The notes beneath the pieces are model-generated. The model worked only from the letters and a program-made list of their open reading frames with translations. It was not told the DNA's origin and did not search any database. This document shows positions 60,108 to 64,000 of a stretch of 64,000 nt of DNA, in pieces. Source of the DNA: a virus. How positions within the stretch are numbered: position 1 is the first letter of the stretch; the number at the start of each line of letters is the position of its first letter. The position numbers and the translations under genes are program-made. The stretch spans positions 1-64,000 of IMG/VR virus record IMGVR_UViG_3300042569_001270. One strand, given 5' to 3'.

Positions 60108-62069
60108 ATGCAGCCTTCTCAGCAGTTCGTCTACGTCCGCACCTACGCCCGCTGGCTCCCCGATCTGGAGCGTCGGGAACTCTCGTGGGAGGAAACGGTT
60201 GATCGCTACCTCAGCTTCATGCGTGGCACCTACGGCGACAAGGTCCCTGCGAAGGTTTGGGACAAGATCGCCAAGCACATGAAGGAGCTTGGGTCTGTCG
60301 GCTCGATGCGGGCGACGTGGACTGCTGGGTCGGCCCTGAGCGAGAACCACATCTCGGCGTACAACTGTGCCTACCTGCCCTACATTGATCTCAAAGCAGT
60401 GGCCGAGCACCTCTACATTCTCATGCATGGGACAGGCGTCGGCTTCAGCACCGAGAAGGAATACATCGATCAGATGCCTGAGGTCCCGATGCAGTCTTCT
60501 GCGGGGGCTGGTGTTCATGTCGTGGCCGACTCCAAGGAGGGCTGGGCTGAGGCCCTGCATTTCGGTCTCTCGGCTTGGTTTCTTGGGCTGGACGCCGAGT
60601 TCGACTACTCACAGGTCCGCCCCCGTGGTGCACGGCTCAAGAAGTTTGGGGGCCGCGCCTCTGGACCGGACCCGCTGAAGAAGCTGCTGGAGTTCGTGCG
60701 CGCCACGATCATGGGTGCACAGGGTCGTAAGCTCACTTCGCTGGAGTGGCTCGACATCGGCAACATGATCGGTGAGGTCGTCGTCGTTGGCGGCGTTCGT
60801 CGCTCTGCGGAGATCAACTTCAGCGATCTCAACGACCAGCTCATTCGGGACGCCAAGAAGCACCCGTTCCCAGTGCACCGCTACATGAGCAACAACAGCG
60901 TGGCCTACAAGGTCAAGCCCTCCGTCGTGGAGTTTATGAAGGAGTGGACGGCTCTGGCCGAGAGCGGCTCCGGTGAGCGCGGCATCTTCAACCTGCACGC
61001 CATCGAGAACCATCTCGCCAAGCATGCCAAGCGGCGTAAGTTTGATGCCGACTTCCGCTCGAACCCGTGCGGAGAGATCATTCTTCGCCCGTTCCAGTTC
61101 TGTAACCTCTCGGAGATTATCGTTCGCTCTGACGACGACTTCGACAACTTGATCGAGAAGGTCGAGGTGGCGACGTGGCTGGGCACCATGCAGGCCGGTC
61201 TGACGGACTTCAAGTGGTTGCGTCCTGAGTGGAAGAAGAACTGCGAGGAGGAAGCCCTCCTCGGCGTCAGTCTCACCGGTCAGATGGACAACATGGAGCT
61301 GATGACCCCAGAGAAGCTCGCCATTCTCAAGGCCTATGCAGTCAAAGTGAACGCCAAGGCCGCTGCGGCTATCGGGATCAACGCTTCTGCGGCCATTACC
61401 ACCGGCAAGCCCTCGGGCACGGTCTCCCAGCTGGCTCTCTGCGGCTCGGGGGCGCACCCGTGGTACGACCAGTACTTCATCCGTCGGTACCGGATCAGCG
61501 CTACTGATCCCGTCTTCCGCATGCTGCGCGATCAGGGCTTCAAGTTCGTCCCTGAGAACGGGCAGGGGCCGCTGGACGTTGAACGCCGACGGCACGCCCT
61601 CATGGGAGAAGGCTGGTCTCCGTCGCAGATTGAAGCCCTTGCCCCAGCGTGGACCGAAGAGCAGGTCAATACTTGGGTGGTCGAGTTCCCCACGGAGGCC
61701 CCTCAGGGCGCAGTCACCCGTCACGAGGTCTCCTGCATCGACCAGCTGGAATGGTACCTGCGGATTATGAAGCACTGGTGCGAGCACAACCAGTCGATCA
61801 CCGTTTATGTGAAGGACGACGAGTGGTTGAAGGTCGGTGCTTGGGTTTACGATCACTTTGAGGAGCTAGTCGGTGTGAGCTTCCTCCCGTACGACGGCGG
61901 CAACTACACGCTGGCTCCATACGAGACGATCACGAAGGCGGAGTACTTCCTTCTGAAGGGCCGTCAGCCCGAGATCGACTGGTCGCAGCTTCCCGTCTAC
62001 GAGAAGATGGACATGACCGAGGGGGCCAAGACGCTCGCCTGTACTGGAAACACTTGCGAGATGACTTGA
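60108..62069 (+). CDS. nrdJ: Class II (adenosylcobalamin-dependent) monomeric ribonucleotide reductase
   Basis: RTYARW, YNC, GGRASGP, VGGVRRSA, NPCGEI, FCNLSE, KPSGTVSQL, C-terminal CTGNTC; no NrdB partner nearby. Confidence 0.92.
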   Translation: MQPSQQFVYVRTYARWLPDLERRELSWEETVDRYLSFMRGTYGDKVPAKVWDKIAKHMKELGSVGSMRATWTAGSALSENHISAYNCAYLPYIDLKAVAEHLYILMHGTGVGFSTEKEYIDQMPEVPMQSSAGAGVHVVADSKEGWAEALHFGLSAWFLGLDAEFDYSQVRPRGARLKKFGGRASGPDPLKKLLEFVRATIMGAQGRKLTSLEWLDIGNMIGEVVVVGGVRRSAEINFSDLNDQLIRDAKKHPFPVHRYMSNNSVAYKVKPSVVEFMKEWTALAESGSGERGIFNLHAIENHLAKHAKRRKFDADFRSNPCGEIILRPFQFCNLSEIIVRSDDDFDNLIEKVEVATWLGTMQAGLTDFKWLRPEWKKNCEEEALLGVSLTGQMDNMELMTPEKLAILKAYAVKVNAKAAAAIGINASAAITTGKPSGTVSQLALCGSGAHPWYDQYFIRRYRISATDPVFRMLRDQGFKFVPENGQGPLDVERRRHALMGEGWSPSQIEALAPAWTEEQVNTWVVEFPTEAPQGAVTRHEVSCIDQLEWYLRIMKHWCEHNQSITVYVKDDEWLKVGAWVYDHFEELVGVSFLPYDGGNYTLAPYETITKAEYFLLKGRQPEIDWSQLPVYEKMDMTEGAKTLACTGNTCEMT

Positions 62070-62127
62070 TAACTGGCATGGTTATCGACGCGGGCATTGA
62101 GGCCTACGTCGCCTAACCGCACTTTCT

Positions 62128-62159
62128 GGGCCGCCTCCGGTTGTGGGGCGGCCCTTTTT
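62128..62159 (+). terminator. Rho-independent terminator between nrdJ and thyX
   Basis: GGGCCGCCTC...GGGGCGGCCC followed by TTTTT. Confidence 0.8.
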
Positions 62160-62179
62160 CAATCACAGAGGATCACATA

Positions 62180-63043
62180 ATGAGTTTCATGCACGCCAAG
62201 ATTGTTAAGGATTCTATCAGCGAGGCTGGCCGGAGGATCACAACCTTCGAGTTGAAGTACCCTCGGATCATTCATGCTGAGCTGAAGACCCACCGCATCC
62301 TCAGCACCAACTCGGCTTCGTCGAGGGCCATCCCCGTGAAGAGGATGATCCAAGGTGTCATCGAGGAGACGTTCATCCCTTGGCACTGGGGTGCCAACCA
62401 GCCGGGGATGCAGGCGCGGCAGGAGATCGGTGAGTCCGCTAAGTCCCTCGCCAAGTCCATCTGGGTCGCTTCTGCGAACGACGCCATCCACACGGCACGG
62501 AAGCTGGCTGACCTTGGGCTTCACAAGCAGATCGTGAACCGTGTGCTGGAGCCGTACCAGTACATCACGACCCTCGTCACCGGCACTGAGTTCAACCACT
62601 TCCTCGCTCTGCGGAACGACGAGGAGGCAGAGGACCATTTCCATGATCTCGCGTTCATGGTGAAGGGCGAACTGGACCGGAGCACTCCGACCCTCTTGCC
62701 GGTGGGCGGTTGGCACCTTCCGTACATTGACGAGGACGACCGCGACTTCGTCTGGATGCACAAGGGCGACGTGAACGGTGACCTCACGGAGATGCAGGCC
62801 CTGCTGGTGAAGCTGTGCGTGGCCCGCTGCGCCCGTGTCAGCTACCTGACCCACGACAAGAAGCGGCCCTCTCTGGAGGAGGATTTGGCCCTCTACGAGC
62901 GATTGACGAGCCACTGGCCCATCCACGCCTCCCCGCTTGAGCACGCTGCCTACGCCCTGCCGGATGCGAACGAGCAGAGCGGTAACTTCAAGGGCTGGTT
63001 CCAGCACCGGAAGCAGCTTCAGAAGGAGTTCGTACCGGGCTGA
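62180..63043 (+). CDS. thyX: Flavin-dependent thymidylate synthase
   Basis: ELKTHRILSTNSASSRAIP (ThyX motif), HKQIVNRVLEP, ARCARVSY, HASPLEH. Confidence 0.9.
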   Translation: MSFMHAKIVKDSISEAGRRITTFELKYPRIIHAELKTHRILSTNSASSRAIPVKRMIQGVIEETFIPWHWGANQPGMQARQEIGESAKSLAKSIWVASANDAIHTARKLADLGLHKQIVNRVLEPYQYITTLVTGTEFNHFLALRNDEEAEDHFHDLAFMVKGELDRSTPTLLPVGGWHLPYIDEDDRDFVWMHKGDVNGDLTEMQALLVKLCVARCARVSYLTHDKKRPSLEEDLALYERLTSHWPIHASPLEHAAYALPDANEQSGNFKGWFQHRKQLQKEFVPG

Positions 63044-63059
63044 GAAGCGGAGAAATAGA

Positions 63060-63103
63060 AAAAAGCCCCCCGCCTACGATGTTCCGTAGGCGGGGGGCTT
63101 TTT
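63060..63103. terminator. Bidirectional rho-independent terminator between convergent genes
   Basis: AAAAAGCCCCCCGCCTACG-ATGTTC-CGTAGGCGGGGGGCTTTTT perfect inverted repeat. Confidence 0.93.
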
Positions 63104-63104
63104 A

Positions 63105-63491
63105 TTACTTGATGTTGACGATACGACCGACCGGATGCTTCGAGTCACCGCAGGACTTCACGGTGGACTTGGTGTCACTTGCGATCAAGCAACCGCACTT
63201 CAGCTTGAGCTTCTTCGCCGGAGGAGCGGATACCGTGAGTCCCTGAGCAGCGGCACGGGCTGCGTAGTCCTTGCCAAGTACCTCTTCAGCGGTCTTCCAG
63301 CCCCGCATCTTGTACTTGTTCTCGTACCACTCCTTGGCTTGGTTGTAGGCCTTGATCGAGTGAAGGTTCTCTTGGAGCCCCTTCTCCGTGTCGATGCGAG
63401 AGATCGTCAAGCTGCAGGAGTTGAACAGCTCTTTGATCGCATGAGAGTCTTGGCTGGTCTCAATCGCCAGTCGCATCTTCTCAACGTCCAT
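63105..63491 (-). CDS. Hypothetical protein with C-terminal CxC...C...H motif
   Basis: ATG at 63491 overlaps the upstream TGA; GAGG SD; ends at the terminator. Confidence 0.7.
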   Translation of the reverse strand: MDVEKMRLAIETSQDSHAIKELFNSCSLTISRIDTEKGLQENLHSIKAYNQAKEWYENKYKMRGWKTAEEVLGKDYAARAAAQGLTVSAPPAKKLKLKCGCLIASDTKSTVKSCGDSKHPVGRIVNIK

Positions 63492-64000
63492 CAGTCGGCC
63501 TCTTCCCAGTCCGTAGAGAGCATGTCGGTCTGCGAGGCGAGCCAAGGAACGTAGTCACCCTGCGCCGTGTGCATGAAGATGTACGGGAGGGTCATCTTGC
63601 TGAGATCAGTCGGGCGCTGCAGTCCGATGAACATACCCTTGCCGTTCCAGCCCTTACGACGGAACACCCACCTGTTGTCGTTGAGGTTGTTGAGGCACCG
63701 CAGCACCCAGCCAAAGGAGCCGTGGTCCCGCTCCTTGAGGTAGTTGATCTCATCCCTCTGTCGCCGGATGGTCTCGGTGAGGTTGGTAGCCTGCAGGGCC
63801 ATCGCCTCCTCACCCATCTTGAGGTTCGCACGGAGCATCTCGATGGTACTCGTGTGGCTGATGATCTCGGCGCGGAGCTTGGCGGACGCTGCTCCGAACT
63901 CCGCCTTCGCGGCGTACCAGTCTTTCTTGTAGGTCTCTGCCTTGGCTTCTGCTGCAAGGCACTGTTCCTCGGCTGAGGCCCGCTCTCGCTCTGCGTCGAG
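63491..64000 (-). CDS. tad2: Coiled-coil protein with C-terminal DUF2829/Tad2-like domain (5' truncated by window edge)
   Basis: FGWVL...[12 protein letters not shown]...[24 protein letters not shown] is the DUF2829 signature; the frame is open to position 64000. Confidence 0.82.
   Translation of the reverse strand, partial: LDAERERASAEEQCLAAEAKAETYKKDWYAAKAEFGAASAKLRAEIISHTSTIEMLRANLKMGEEAMALQATNLTETIRRQRDEINYLKERDHGSFGWVLRCLNNLNDNRWVFRRKGWNGKGMFIGLQRPTDLSKMTLPYIFMHTAQGDYVPWLASQTDMLSTDWEEAD

Noticed and set aside
56681-62069. Inteins or introns in dnaB or nrdJ
   Set aside because: Both are of normal length with contiguous motifs, and no intein splice-junction or homing endonuclease motifs were seen.

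Overview
The whole 64 kb window is part of a large, GC-rich (about 60% by eye) tailed-phage genome with a contractile tail. Almost all genes lie on the + strand until a bidirectional terminator at about 63.1 kb. Gene order: ParB-N plus DUF4417-like genes, Fe-S flavoprotein, portal, about 15 kb of large probable head-cargo genes (including a SNF2-type ATPase fusion and a PI3/4-kinase-like protein), prohead protease, scaffold, major capsid, neck, sheath, tube, tail chaperone with a likely +1 frameshift, tape measure, baseplate, two paralogous fibre/receptor-binding modules interleaved with lysis genes, then SF2 helicase, DnaB, DNA methyltransferase, primase, class II RNR and ThyX. A Tad2/DUF2829 fusion lies on the - strand at the right edge. 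The structural genes resemble SPO1/Twort-like (Herelleviridae-like) phages, but GC content and spanin-like genes suggest a diderm host. The most unusual signals are: (1) two AT-rich motifs (TTAWYAA and TTGATC) iterated through coding DNA via synonymous codons; (2) a K-[S/A/G] processing signature shared by head and cargo proteins; (3) a duplicated, apparently split and order-permuted beta-helix receptor-binding module. All family assignments come from motif recognition by eye; no searches were run and all counts are approximate.
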